Positions 55,222 through 64,000 of a stretch of DNA of 64,000 nucleotides are shown here, in pieces (the stretch's first letter is position 1; the number at the start of each line of letters is the position of its first letter). The notes under the pieces are model-generated. The model was not told the DNA's origin and did not search any database. It saw only the letters and a program-made list of their open reading frames with translations. The position numbers and the translations under genes are program-made. The stretch is from the IMG/VR virus record IMGVR_UViG_3300031669_000001, positions 1 through 64,000 of that record, one strand, 5' to 3'.

Positions 55222-55815
55222 TTAGTGGAGATGCTTTTTGTGACGAGGTTCTAACTTGCGTTCACGCGCTAGACGCTTCGTTATCTCACTTAGACGGTTT
55301 TGTAGCTCACGAGGAATTCCATTCTCCTTACCACAACCCAGAGTCTTTCCAAGATTCGTTAGGTGTCGAGGGTAATGAGAGTAGACAGTTCGCTGCAGCA
55401 TAAACTTGTCGTAGTACGCTTCACCCCAAGGTCTCAACTTTCCATGTAGATAGTTTGCTGGGCCGATGTTGTAGGATTTCACCGCGCCTTCAGCCGATCC
55501 GGTCAGCATGTAATATTCTCGAAGCAACGCAACACCACGCGCGATGTTTTCACGAGGATTAAATGGACCGTCCTGTACTTGCATGAGACCATGAGATGAT
55601 TCCCTAGATGATTCGTTCTTTGCATCTTCTCGATAAGCTGATTCGATCCTGATGATGGCGAAGATGTCAGGCGCAGTTGGAAAAGAATTCCGATAAGCTA
55701 AGCGAGTTACAAGCTTTGTTATCTCTTTGTTTGGTTTGATCTCCCCACATGAAAAAGCTGGTTGAGCGAGAGTTAATGCAATTGCACCTAGAAAGAGCTT
55801 ACTTCGCTGTCTCAT
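55222..55815 (-). CDS. Lytic transglycosylase (SLT domain)
   Basis: AIIRIESAY, S.GLMQV, NI..G...L, SYN.G; N-terminal signal-like segment. Confidence 0.85.
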   Translation of the reverse strand: MRQRSKLFLGAIALTLAQPAFSCGEIKPNKEITKLVTRLAYRNSFPTAPDIFAIIRIESAYREDAKNESSRESSHGLMQVQDGPFNPRENIARGVALLREYYMLTGSAEGAVKSYNIGPANYLHGKLRPWGEAYYDKFMLQRTVYSHYPRHLTNLGKTLGCGKENGIPRELQNRLSEITKRLARERKLEPRHKKHLH

Positions 55816-56091
55816 TTCTTCTCCTTAGTTTCATCATTGTCGGCCTTGAAGCCTGGTTTGAATTGAGCTGGAGGTCCCATCATAGGGATGACTCTCAAAC
55901 CCTGATAGATGGGAGGTTTCAGTCCCATCCAGATGTGAATTTCAGTTCCTGTCTGTTTCATTAAAAGTACCTGAGATTTTTGATTGTTTCGATTGCAGCT
56001 TCTTTGAATGTCATATCTTCAAACAACCATAAGCCGTAACGATATTCAGAAATTGTTTGTCCAATCCAATTCGTCTTTTTGAGAGAAGAAT

Positions 56092-56346
56092 TCACAGTCC
56101 AAGCACCTCCTTGAACTTTCCGATGATGAAGTCGACTTCAACGGGTGTGAGATTGACGACATCATTCTGCAGCCTCTTACCCATGGTACGGATGAGATCA
56201 TTGCCAACCGACGGAGGAAGTTTCGAACGACTGCGATTGAAGAGCTGAACGTGCTTGTTGTCGAAGAAGACTTCGAGACGAATGCCGTCCACGAAGATAC
56301 GAGTTGTGTCGGTGTTGATACCGGACTTGATCTCGATATTTCTCAT
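56092..56346 (-). CDS. Early hypothetical protein
   Basis: ATGA overlap with acidic peptide. Confidence 0.6.
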   Translation of the reverse strand: MRNIEIKSGINTDTTRIFVDGIRLEVFFDNKHVQLFNRSRSKLPPSVGNDLIRTMGKRLQNDVVNLTPVEVDFIIGKFKEVLGL

Positions 56347-56405
56347 TCTTCCTCCGCGTTCATAGCAGCAACTTCTTCATCTACATAATCGTAAAATTCG
56401 GACAT
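56343..56405 (-). CDS. 20-aa acidic early peptide (not in ORF track)
   Basis: AAGGA SD; MSEFYDYVDEEVAAMNAEEE. Confidence 0.45.
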   Translation of the reverse strand: MSEFYDYVDEEVAAMNAEEE

Positions 56406-56435
56406 TTTGCATTCCTTGTGATTTATGATAGAGTA

Positions 56436-56464
56436 ATTATATCACAACAAGAACAAAAGTACAC
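56436..56464 (-). promoter_or_regulatory. T4-early-like promoter
   Basis: GTGTAC-17-TATAAT. Confidence 0.8.
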
Positions 56465-56494
56465 ACTTTCGTGCTAAAATCTCAAGATTTAACG

Positions 56495-56704
56495 CTAAAA
56501 CTTAGGAAGTCCAAGCATATAAAGCGCGATGACGGAAGTAGCAGTCATAGCATCTACGAGGCTTATTACGTAGTTATGATCATGGATTGCGCAACGGAAA
56601 ATGTTTATTACCAACTGCGGAACTAGACACAGAAGCCAGAAAGAACAGAAGATTTGAATTACGTAATACATGGAAACTCCTTTATGGAAACATTTTATCG
56701 GCAA
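56495..56704 (-). CDS. Small membrane protein
   Basis: Hydrophobic. Confidence 0.5.
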   Translation of the reverse strand: MPIKCFHKGVSMYYVIQIFCSFWLLCLVPQLVINIFRCAIHDHNYVISLVDAMTATSVIALYMLGLPKF

Positions 56705-56849
56705 ATTTACCGCAAAGCTTGAAGAACTGGATGCAGAAGAAGCCGATGACGATCTCTTTGAAGAAGATGACTATCAAAGAAAATTCTGCGGCGATGATCG
56801 CCAAAACTGCAAATATCTTCAGAGCATACAAAAGTTTTGAGTTCATGGG

Positions 56850-57218
56850 TTAAAAGCCACTTTCATTGTCACGTTCATCGTCACCACCTGAGTTGTATGC
56901 TGCTTGTAACAAAGTCTCAAGATGCTCTATCAAGGACTTATCACCTTTAGTGAGAGCATCATAGGCTTCACGAAGCTCTTTCATCTTGGTGACAGGATCG
57001 CGTTCAGTCCAGTGAATGTAGGTGTCAGTTGCATGATATGGAAGACCGCGAGCGTTCAGACAAGGATCAACATCCTTGACGTCCACCGCCCAATCTGGGT
57101 AACATCCGCGAGAGCCTTCAGATCCGATTTTGATATCGAGAAAGCGCTGACCTTTTGGATCATCTTTGTGTGCGTAGGTAACTTCGGCCATGATTTTATC
57201 CTTGAATGAGTTCAACAA
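56850..57218 (-). CDS. Hypothetical protein
   Basis: Operon packing. Confidence 0.6.
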   Translation of the reverse strand: MLNSFKDKIMAEVTYAHKDDPKGQRFLDIKIGSEGSRGCYPDWAVDVKDVDPCLNARGLPYHATDTYIHWTERDPVTKMKELREAYDALTKGDKSLIEHLETLLQAAYNSGGDDERDNESGF

Positions 57219-57477
57219 ACTCAGAATAGTAGTTGTAGACTTCTTGGTAACCGGAAGAATGACCGTGTTCCCAGGCCAGCGAGAAGCACTTGTCTGCTTT
57301 TGGATGACCTACGACATCAAATTCAGCTTCAAGGTCGGCTTTGAATTTAACTTCGAGACGGGTGTTCTCGGCACGATATGCTGCACGAGCTGCACGACGT
57401 TCTGCGGCTACTGAAGGTGCTGCAGATGAATTGAATTGAGGGTACGGAAGATGATTTTCGTAGTTTGCAAAATTCAT
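57196..57477 (-). CDS. Early hypothetical protein
   Basis: GGAGG SD after early promoter; AWEHGHSSG motif. Confidence 0.75.
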   Translation of the reverse strand: MNFANYENHLPYPQFNSSAAPSVAAERRAARAAYRAENTRLEVKFKADLEAEFDVVGHPKADKCFSLAWEHGHSSGYQEVYNYYSEFVELIQG

Positions 57478-57503
57478 AATTACCTCCTTGTTTCGATGGA
57501 GTA

Positions 57504-57532
57504 ATTATATCACAGGCAACAAAAAAGTACAC
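57504..57532 (-). promoter_or_regulatory. T4-early-like promoter
   Basis: GTGTAC-17-TATAAT. Confidence 0.8.
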
Positions 57533-57536
57533 ACTT

Positions 57537-58823
57537 TTATTCGAAAGTGATCTGATCTATCTTGAAACTTTTAGATTTTGGTGAAATGTAGTGTGCAGAT
57601 GATTCTGTTGGTGTAAGCAACCAAACCCACTTTGTTGGAGCTTTAGGATTTACTGAGTCACCATAGCCATCTGTGATCACGACGACGCAGTCAGGGTAAC
57701 GACCTTGATCTTTCTGAAGCCTCAAGCATTCTTCCTCAATGATTCGAAAGCTCGTGCCGCCGCCGATTCTAACGTGATCTCCAGGTTTTACAGGCGTAAC
57801 GACCGTGTCGAAGATGTAGAGCCTAGTGTCAAATATCCTGCGTTCCTCATCGAACGCCAGAAAGACCTTCTGAAAAATTTCAATGTAAGGTAAGCAAGAT
57901 CCAGAGATGTCCATGAACACGGCTGTTAGGAGACGATCTCTTACAGGTCTTTCAACGGCATTTATGCCTGGAAGAGATGCTTTGCTGCTCCTAATCACGT
58001 CATCGAAGCGGCGACTGTCGTGAGTGAACGTCTCTACATCCTTCTCAACCTGCTTCATGCTTGTCTTTTTAAGCTTGCGAATGATGTGAGAAAAATTGAC
58101 CTTCAACTTCTTGATCTTCTCCGCGATGATGTGTTCAAGCACTCCGGCAACCTTGCCGGCCAACAGACCGCCTGAAGCGCTGAAGAATGGAGGCAAGCTC
58201 TTGATTATCTTTTCAATATCAGCGACATCCAAATCTTCAGCTAAGGTGGCGGCCATCTCTGCTCGAGCGTGCTTCTCGACTTCTGTCATCGTTCCATCAT
58301 CATGAACGTCCAAAGTAGATGGGCCTCCAGCGCCTGAACTCTTAGGTGGTTTCTTGATCAGCTCCTCGAGGTAGTAGGTGAAAGTTTCATTTCTCTTGAT
58401 GAGGATAGGGTTCTCAAAGCAAGTATCGATCCAGCAGTACTTCTTCCAATCTCTAAGGTCTTCACGATCGTAGTGGAAGAGGTCGACTATCATCTCATTG
58501 ATCGTGATGTCCTGAGCGATGTTGACTAACTCTGCAGTAGCGCCTGGAACGTTCATGCCGTCGCGGATGCCGTGATCGAGGATGACGTGCATGCACTCGT
58601 GACAAACTACAAACAACTTCTCCCTGAAGGTCAGCTTATCCCAAAATTCTTGGTTGAGCTTCATCTCCGCTTTACCTTTGCGAGGTAGCCAGACGGCAGC
58701 CGTTGGAACGCTGTCATCAAATACCACGTCAGAGAGCTCAAAGAAGGTGAAGAAGACCTTGTTATAGTCCTCTATCGAAGCTGCGATTTCCAGCTTATCC
58801 TCTGATGACATTGAACGTCTCAT
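57537..58823 (-). CDS. Metallopeptidase-like plus vWA protein (DUF2201-type)
   Basis: HECMH zinc motif, N.AQD..IN, MIDAS DISGSC, GGGT, ITDG. Confidence 0.85.
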   Translation of the reverse strand: MRRSMSSEDKLEIAASIEDYNKVFFTFFELSDVVFDDSVPTAAVWLPRKGKAEMKLNQEFWDKLTFREKLFVVCHECMHVILDHGIRDGMNVPGATAELVNIAQDITINEMIVDLFHYDREDLRDWKKYCWIDTCFENPILIKRNETFTYYLEELIKKPPKSSGAGGPSTLDVHDDGTMTEVEKHARAEMAATLAEDLDVADIEKIIKSLPPFFSASGGLLAGKVAGVLEHIIAEKIKKLKVNFSHIIRKLKKTSMKQVEKDVETFTHDSRRFDDVIRSSKASLPGINAVERPVRDRLLTAVFMDISGSCLPYIEIFQKVFLAFDEERRIFDTRLYIFDTVVTPVKPGDHVRIGGGTSFRIIEEECLRLQKDQGRYPDCVVVITDGYGDSVNPKAPTKWVWLLTPTESSAHYISPKSKSFKIDQITFE

Positions 58824-59023
58824 GAATCAGGCCCACAATCAATTCGCCAGGGACACACTATCAAGCACGCAGTTGAGCAGTCATCTTCTCCGTGACAAGG
58901 CGGAGCTTTATCACCACGAAGTGATTTGATCTCCTCCAATAGCTTGAGTCTCTCAGGAGAGTTGTGAGCTCCTGTATTGCTCAAGAATGCCTCTTCGTCC
59001 AACAGGTCTTGTAAAATGCTCAT
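58820..59023 (-). CDS. Small Cys-rich protein
   Basis: C...C..C.W..C tail; between AAA and vWA genes. Confidence 0.55.
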   Translation of the reverse strand: MSILQDLLDEEAFLSNTGAHNSPERLKLLEEIKSLRGDKAPPCHGEDDCSTACLIVCPWRIDCGPDS

Positions 59024-60318
59024 AGAAAGTTCATGTCATCTACGATCTTGCGACTGTAGAGCTTCTCGTTGATGTAGTTCTTTTCTTTAGGTGTAAAGAA
59101 TCCGCCCACCTTAGCGATGATCTTGACGATCTCGTGGAAGTTTGTTTCTTTGCGAGCATCTTTTCCACCTATACCCCAGAAGATCCTGATCAAAGTCTTT
59201 TCCTGACAATTGAAAAGTACGTCTACACATCTATTTGCCAGCTTTGCTACGAGGTTGTGCTTTGTCGCGCTCAAGCCTCTGATGTCGTTTTCAAGTGAAC
59301 CACCATTCTTGTATAGCAGGTCAAGTCTAACGTTGTTTATGAGAGCTGCGGTACCTTGATTCCCCTTATCGTCTGGAAGTTTATTGATCAAATCTTCCAG
59401 AGAATTTACAACTTCAAAACCCTTCTGCCTAGCGTACACAAACTCAGTGAACGGTTCTACAAGCTCCTTAGGCATTTGCCTTCCATGCTTCTTGAAGAAG
59501 TCCACAGCTACTGGGTCGTTAGCTTTTACAAGGTCAAGCAGCTTCGTAGCGTTGTTTATGTCTGCGACGAACGCTCCCGCTTCCGCGTCATTCGTGACCT
59601 TCTTGATCTGCTCGTGGAACGGTAAGCTCTTCAGCATGCTTCGAAGAGCTGAGACATTTGATTCGGTAGGTAGGAAGTCCTCCAAGCGGCAACCATTTGC
59701 GTACGCTGCCGCTGCGTAGTCAACTCGGCGAGGAGACACCATTCTTTGAATGTCACCAGGCAAATCCTTCCACCATTGAATGAAGATCATCCCGGTGGTC
59801 GGGAATTTTGCGTTGAAGTAGTCCTCGTCTATCTTGTATGGAACTTTGATTGTAACCTGGAAGCGATCAAGTTGTGCGGGATCGATGTGATTGACTGAGT
59901 AGGTGTCGTCATCATCTTCTGGATTGATAGCTGCCCAGATAACTTTCAGATTGTTGAGCTTGTGTCCGTTGATTGACTTGAACTGAATCAGCTCCATGAC
60001 GGCGTTAATCACCTTGTCAGGTGCGCGGTTAAACTCGTCGAGCATGATCGCTTCTATCTCGTCGTTCTCACACCAAGCAGGCCTCACCAACTCAAGAGTT
60101 CGCTTGTTTACACCATCATCGATGACCTTAGGTACCCCTACAAAGTCAACCCAAGGATCGAGGGTACTTGCTGAGAAGTACTTCCAGCGATCGCCGTAAA
60201 GCTCAGTGAAAACTTCCTTAATGACGGTAGTCTTGCCGACACCGTGGAGCCCACTCAGGAGAACGTTATAGTTTAGGATAGCGTACTGTGTCAGCCTAGC
60301 TTTGTTGATGATTGCCAT
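59020..60318 (-). CDS. MoxR-like AAA+ ATPase
   Basis: GLHGVGKT, LDEFNRA, AAINP, DPAQLDRF, SPRR. Confidence 0.9.
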   Translation of the reverse strand: MAIINKARLTQYAILNYNVLLSGLHGVGKTTVIKEVFTELYGDRWKYFSASTLDPWVDFVGVPKVIDDGVNKRTLELVRPAWCENDEIEAIMLDEFNRAPDKVINAVMELIQFKSINGHKLNNLKVIWAAINPEDDDDTYSVNHIDPAQLDRFQVTIKVPYKIDEDYFNAKFPTTGMIFIQWWKDLPGDIQRMVSPRRVDYAAAAYANGCRLEDFLPTESNVSALRSMLKSLPFHEQIKKVTNDAEAGAFVADINNATKLLDLVKANDPVAVDFFKKHGRQMPKELVEPFTEFVYARQKGFEVVNSLEDLINKLPDDKGNQGTAALINNVRLDLLYKNGGSLENDIRGLSATKHNLVAKLANRCVDVLFNCQEKTLIRIFWGIGGKDARKETNFHEIVKIIAKVGGFFTPKEKNYINEKLYSRKIVDDMNFL

Positions 60319-60345
60319 GATGTCTTTCTGATATGGTTGTGGTCT

Positions 60346-60375
60346 ATTATATCACGACATCAACTTAAAGTACAC
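60346..60375 (-). promoter_or_regulatory. T4-early-like promoter
   Basis: GTGTAC-18-TATAAT. Confidence 0.75.
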
Positions 60376-60382
60376 AACAAAA

Positions 60383-60404
60383 AGGGCAGCTTGAGGGCTG
60401 CCCT
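60383..60404 (-). terminator. Intrinsic terminator
   Basis: AGGGCAGC-N6-GCTGCCCT followed by TTTTG on minus. Confidence 0.75.
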
Positions 60405-60425
60405 AAATGAGAGGATGATTGAAGC

Positions 60426-61025
60426 TTAAGCGTAGTTAGGATTGGTGATAGTTGTACCAACCGTTGCAGCCGTAATCTTGAATCCAGATCCGTTTGTTGC
60501 AGGATATGAACTTCCAGAAACACCGATGTAAGCAGACAAAACGTCACCGGCTGTGTAGTCTTCACCACCTGTGAGAAGAGTCACAGAAGTAACAGCTCCA
60601 CCAGAAGCAGTTATCTTTGCACGAGCTCCCTTACCAGTTCCGCCAGTAAGTTGAACAACGAAGTCAGTCAGATTAGGGTAACCTGTACCACCAACCAACG
60701 AGCCAAGAGTTAGAATCTCTGGACGAGGACCAGCAGGAACGAAACTTCCAGCTTCAACGGCTGCTACGATAGCATTAAAAGCTGCAACAACGTGAGCATT
60801 GACACTTAATGTTCCTGGAGCTGCACTAGACGCAGCTGGATAATCAGTTATAACAGCAAATGAATCGCTTGCTGGACCTACATTGCTACCTACTCTGATG
60901 GTAGTTGTAGCTGCAGTAGCTGCAGTAGAATCTGTATAACTGTCGACGGTGATACCATCGAAAACGATAACGTCAGCGCTATCAGTGTGAACGTTGACTG
61001 TGTATTTTGTACCTGTACCTGCCAT
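60426..61025 (-). CDS. Late structural protein (Gly/Thr/Ala-rich)
   Basis: Late promoter; GGTG.GA.A.I...GG.VTSV.....G..Y repeat typical of virion proteins. Confidence 0.7.
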   Translation of the reverse strand: MAGTGTKYTVNVHTDSADVIVFDGITVDSYTDSTAATAATTTIRVGSNVGPASDSFAVITDYPAASSAAPGTLSVNAHVVAAFNAIVAAVEAGSFVPAGPRPEILTLGSLVGGTGYPNLTDFVVQLTGGTGKGARAKITASGGAVTSVTLLTGGEDYTAGDVLSAYIGVSGSSYPATNGSGFKITAATVGTTITNPNYA

Positions 61026-61080
61026 GATGAACTCCTCTTAAATTCGTTGACGAAATGTGCGTCGATGATTGTTATGCAGT

Positions 61081-61088
61081 TATTTATA
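61081..61088 (-). promoter_or_regulatory. T4-like late promoter
   Basis: Exact TATAAATA. Confidence 0.75.
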
Positions 61089-61099
61089 GCGATATATGA

Positions 61100-61125
61100 A
61101 AAAAGACAGCCGAAGCTGTCTTTTT
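61100..61125. terminator. Intrinsic terminator
   Basis: AAAAAGACAGC-TTCG loop (minus)-GCTGTCTTTTT. Confidence 0.85.
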
Positions 61126-61153
61126 CGTTTTGTTACTCGGTCTAAGTTGAAAC

Positions 61154-61651
61154 TTAGATTGTTGCGCCTGTAGGACCAGTAGGAGCGTAAGGTAATGTTG
61201 GACCTGTAACTCCATTTACAACGTGCTGGAAATAACCGCCACCACCAACTGCGTAAGGACCCTGTGGAGTAGCGTTGGTATCAGCAATTACGAGATTGAT
61301 AGCTGTAACAGCATCTGCAACAAGCGTTGCAAAAGTTGTAGTCATTGCTGGAATTACTGCTTGTCCATATTCCAGGAAAACATCATAAGCGATGAATTCT
61401 TGATCTAAACTATATTGTGGTTCAACTTTAACACTACAAACGATAGCTAAATCGCCAGCTGCGGAATTTCCTGGACCGCCTCCTGTATTGATGTTAATTG
61501 GAGCAAGATATCCACTAGAAGAAAGTGGAATATCTGCTGAAGTGTTGAAAGCTGGGCTATATGTGAACTTTTCTGTCTTGATAGAATCAAGTTCAAGAGT
61601 GTTCGCTGCATCTGTGACCATGCGAATTGTTACTTTTTGACCTGTTGCCAT
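61154..61651 (-). CDS. Late structural protein
   Basis: Late-like box; N-terminus paralogous to 60426..61025; GPTGPTG tail. Confidence 0.65.
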   Translation of the reverse strand: MATGQKVTIRMVTDAANTLELDSIKTEKFTYSPAFNTSADIPLSSSGYLAPININTGGGPGNSAAGDLAIVCSVKVEPQYSLDQEFIAYDVFLEYGQAVIPAMTTTFATLVADAVTAINLVIADTNATPQGPYAVGGGGYFQHVVNGVTGPTLPYAPTGPTGATI

Positions 61652-61688
61652 TTTAATGCTCCTCTAGAGAATAAATGTTAGTTGTTTT

Positions 61689-61730
61689 AGCGTTCCGGAA
61701 CGCTTGTATTGTTATACGGAAGTATTTATG
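61689..61730 (-). promoter_or_regulatory. Late-like box CATAAATA plus 16-nt palindrome in the leader
   Basis: CATAAATA at 61723-61730; AGCGTTCCGGAACGCT at 61689-61704. Confidence 0.55.
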
Positions 61731-61757
61731 TCTATGCTTAAAAAGTCAATGATTTTT

Positions 61758-62321
61758 TTACGCCATTGCTAAGCCAAACGCTGAATTTGCAGCTGCCAAC
61801 GCCAGACCTCTAAAATATTCTACGGTTTGAGTCGTATCTGGTCCGGCGCCTGTAAGATATAAGATTTCCACGATGAAATCCTGCGATGGAAATGGTGAGC
61901 CTGGAGTCTCTGGAGCACCGGTCATTGAAGCTGGACTGTAAAGCGCGACATAGTTGAACCCTGTCTGTCCAGCAGCCGGAAGTGGCTGAGCCATACGAGT
62001 GATTCCTGCTACGGTAGCAGTTCCTGTACCCGAGCCTACAACGTGAGGATACATTCCATAAGGAGGATAATCACCAGGGGGGTTAGCTCTTGCTACGAAT
62101 GTAACACCGACTGTATTAGAAGCTGCACCGATCAAAGTAAAGTCTGTAGTGCCGACAGTCGCTATAGTGTACGCAACGCCTACTACAAATTGGCCCGCAA
62201 CAACAGGGGCATCATCGTAGCTCCATTGCTTGTCTGCTGACATGTTATCCAGCGTAAAAGTTACAAAGCGCGGATCAGCGTGTCCGTAGATAGTTAAAAT
62301 TTTTCCTACTTGGGTTGTCAT
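61758..62321 (-). CDS. Late structural protein
   Basis: GATAAATA at 62350-62357; FVVGVAYTIATVGTTDFTLIGAASNTVGVTF virion-type repeat. Confidence 0.7.
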   Translation of the reverse strand: MTTQVGKILTIYGHADPRFVTFTLDNMSADKQWSYDDAPVVAGQFVVGVAYTIATVGTTDFTLIGAASNTVGVTFVARANPPGDYPPYGMYPHVVGSGTGTATVAGITRMAQPLPAAGQTGFNYVALYSPASMTGAPETPGSPFPSQDFIVEILYLTGAGPDTTQTVEYFRGLALAAANSAFGLAMA

Positions 62322-62352
62322 GGTTAGACCCTCATTAATGTTCTAGTTGTAT

Positions 62353-62973
62353 TTATCTTGAGTTCAAGAACGATTGATAATTATAGTCGAAGTATAGTAA
62401 ATCATTTCGAAATGCGCGTTCTACAACTTTGATTGTGTCTTCACTGTATAACTTTGACCTATCTTTCAATTCATTCTTTTTAAGATTGATATTATCATGA
62501 CTTAAGTCATTCTTCAGATTATATTTTTTGCAAAATTTATCATAATCTTCAGATAGATTTTCAAATTTTAATATGTCTGTAGCTATGACTTTATCATTAT
62601 TTTCGACAAAATCATAACAAGGATTAAATTGGATTCTTTTACCTGCAAATTTTAATTCATAAGAAAGCACAAACTGTTCAAATGTCATATCAGGATTGAT
62701 ATCCGTTCTACCCAATTTTTCATATTTTAATTGTTCTTGAGTTTGATTAGTTTTAGGTCTAAATTGATAAAATTCAAAAATTGAATAGAGTCTATCAAAA
62801 GGATTCCTAACAATTGACATTATTGGTAAATGTGAATCTTCTTCTATTAAGACATTTTTAATAAATCCATGAGTTAAATAGCATTTACGTAAAAATCGCG
62901 CATTTTGTTTATCTAAACTGTTACTAATAGATACACCTGCCGTTTTGGGTATATGAATAAAAATTATTTGCAA
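62353..62973 (-). CDS. Sulfotransferase (Sulfotransfer_2-like)
   Basis: FIHIPKTAG (5'-PSB loop), RNPFDRLYS (3'-PB), KFENL. Confidence 0.85.
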   Translation of the reverse strand: MQIIFIHIPKTAGVSISNSLDKQNARFLRKCYLTHGFIKNVLIEEDSHLPIMSIVRNPFDRLYSIFEFYQFRPKTNQTQEQLKYEKLGRTDINPDMTFEQFVLSYELKFAGKRIQFNPCYDFVENNDKVIATDILKFENLSEDYDKFCKKYNLKNDLSHDNINLKKNELKDRSKLYSEDTIKVVERAFRNDLLYFDYNYQSFLNSR

Positions 62974-63509
62974 TTTAAAACCTCATCTATTTTTTCTGAA
63001 CATAATAAAGAAGCATTAGTTTTAATTTTATCAATATCCCAATCCCACCAGCGCAATTCAAGTAATTTTTCTATCTCAATTTCTTTGAAACGATAACGAA
63101 TAATTTTTGAAGGATTACCAATAACAATTGCATAAGGTGGTATATCTTTAGCAATTACGGCTCCTGCTCCAATTACAGCTCCATGTCCTATCGTGACACC
63201 AGAAAGTATCATTGCATTAGATCCTATCCATACATCGTTCCCAATTATAGTTGGGCCTTTAGCGAAAGCTTCACCTAAATTAGAAATCCCAAAAGCTAGT
63301 CCCAACGGGAATGATGTTATATAATTAGTTCGATGTTCTCCTCCACCAAAAATTTGAATGCCATCAGCCATCGAACAAAAAGAACCTATTTTAATTTTAT
63401 CTGTATCAAGCCATAATTTTAGACTTGGTGATGACCCGTATGTAAATCTTCCAATTTCGATTCTAGGATCATCAGAAATTAAATAATCCATTACCATTAC
63501 CATTCCCAA
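62964..63509 (-). CDS. CatB/Vat-related hexapeptide O-acetyltransferase
   Basis: [43 protein letters not shown]. Confidence 0.9.
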   Translation of the reverse strand: MGMVMVMDYLISDDPRIEIGRFTYGSSPSLKLWLDTDKIKIGSFCSMADGIQIFGGGEHRTNYITSFPLGLAFGISNLGEAFAKGPTIIGNDVWIGSNAMILSGVTIGHGAVIGAGAVIAKDIPPYAIVIGNPSKIIRYRFKEIEIEKLLELRWWDWDIDKIKTNASLLCSEKIDEVLNCK

Positions 63510-64000
63510 AAATGACGTTTTAATGGTGTTCCAAGATCAAATTTATGAATGTTTGGATTGTCAGTGTGCTTTAAACCTGGAATATTCTTTACATTAAAAT
63601 GTTTGATATTTGTACGATCAACGTGCCAACCCTTTTTAGTTTCTTTAGTAGAATAGACTCTTTTTAGATATTTTTGTTTAGCATGCTGTTCACTAAGAAT
63701 AATGTAATGTCTTAAAAAGAATATATTTGGTGAAATCTTCAAATTGTGAGCATACGAATCCCATCCCAACATGTAATCTCCATTAGGATTAGTTGTTGTT
63801 CTTTTCCAAGCACGGTGGAGGCGAAACTTATTGTAAAAATAATAAGTTGACATTAGTTCAGCATAATTTTCAACGTAAAAGTCCTCTCCTGTTAGTGGTA
63901 CAAATACAATTTCATAGAAATTGATGCAGTTAAAGCCTGCTGCATCAGCTTCTACTATCCCCTCATATAACGTCTGTCCTTCTACAGAGGAACATAACCA
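63497..64000 (-). CDS. Glycosyltransferase (GT2-like), C-terminal part; runs off the window
   Basis: Frame open to window end: [28 protein letters not shown]...; later LRHYI.LS..HA..KY. Confidence 0.55.
   Translation of the reverse strand, partial: WLCSSVEGQTLYEGIVEADAAGFNCINFYEIVFVPLTGEDFYVENYAELMSTYYFYNKFRLHRAWKRTTTNPNGDYMLGWDSYAHNLKISPNIFFLRHYIILSEQHAKQKYLKRVYSTKETKKGWHVDRTNIKHFNVKNIPGLKHTDNPNIHKFDLGTPLKRHFWEW

Noticed and set aside
62964-63509. Antibiotic-resistance gene (cat/vat)
   Set aside because: The hexapeptide fold is shared with sugar O-acetyltransferases, and the context between a GT and a sulfotransferase favours glycan modification.
1-64000. CRISPR array, tRNA, rRNA, retron or DGR
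   Set aside because: No spaced direct repeats, cloverleaf or T-loop signatures, or reverse transcriptase motifs were seen by eye; the repeated intergenic motif is a promoter family. tRNAscan-SE and array finders were not run.
1-64000. Stop-codon reassignment
   Set aside because: Conserved enzymes translate full-length under the standard code, and TAA, TGA and TAG all fall at plausible gene ends with tight packing.
1-64000. Nucleus-forming phiKZ-type phage
   Set aside because: No chimallin, PhuZ or multi-subunit RNAP recognised; clamp loader and TATAAATA boxes indicate T4-like transcription and replication.

Overview
Dense, almost entirely minus-strand segment of a large (jumbo-type) T4-like dsDNA phage genome, probably infecting a proteobacterium with type IVa pili. 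No tRNA, rRNA, CRISPR array, integrase or reverse transcriptase was seen. Replication genes: ATP-dependent DNA ligase, a DnaE-like polymerase split into two genes about 18 kb apart, and gp44/gp62-like clamp loader subunits. RNA-repair and nucleotide enzymes: RNA ligase, phosphatases and phosphoesterases, nucleotidyltransferase, CYTH, dCMP deaminase, NDT-like, a divergent PurA homologue, and an AdoMetDC-like enzyme. Chaperone and conflict genes: GroES, J-domain pseudokinase with vWA, MoxR-AAA with peptidase-vWA, ADP-ribosylglycohydrolase, and PcfJ-like. There are four GIY-YIG homing endonucleases, two HNH proteins, several late structural genes, and an AT-rich glycosyl/acetyl/sulfo-transferase cluster at the right end. 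At least 14 T4-early-like promoters (GTKTAC-17/18-TAWAAT) and about 9 late-like boxes (NATAAATA) recur. Most notable observations: (1) two tandem head-less type IV pilin mini-genes missed by the ORF track, candidate pilus shut-off or superinfection-exclusion peptides; (2) several genes with T4-like capsid-targeting N-termini, including an apparent protease-processed polyprotein; (3) a coupled pair of a di-glycine-terminated protein and a Cys-containing partner, possibly ubiquitin-like; (4) a PurA-fold ligase with an altered substrate loop. All family calls come from motif recognition by eye; no database searches were run.
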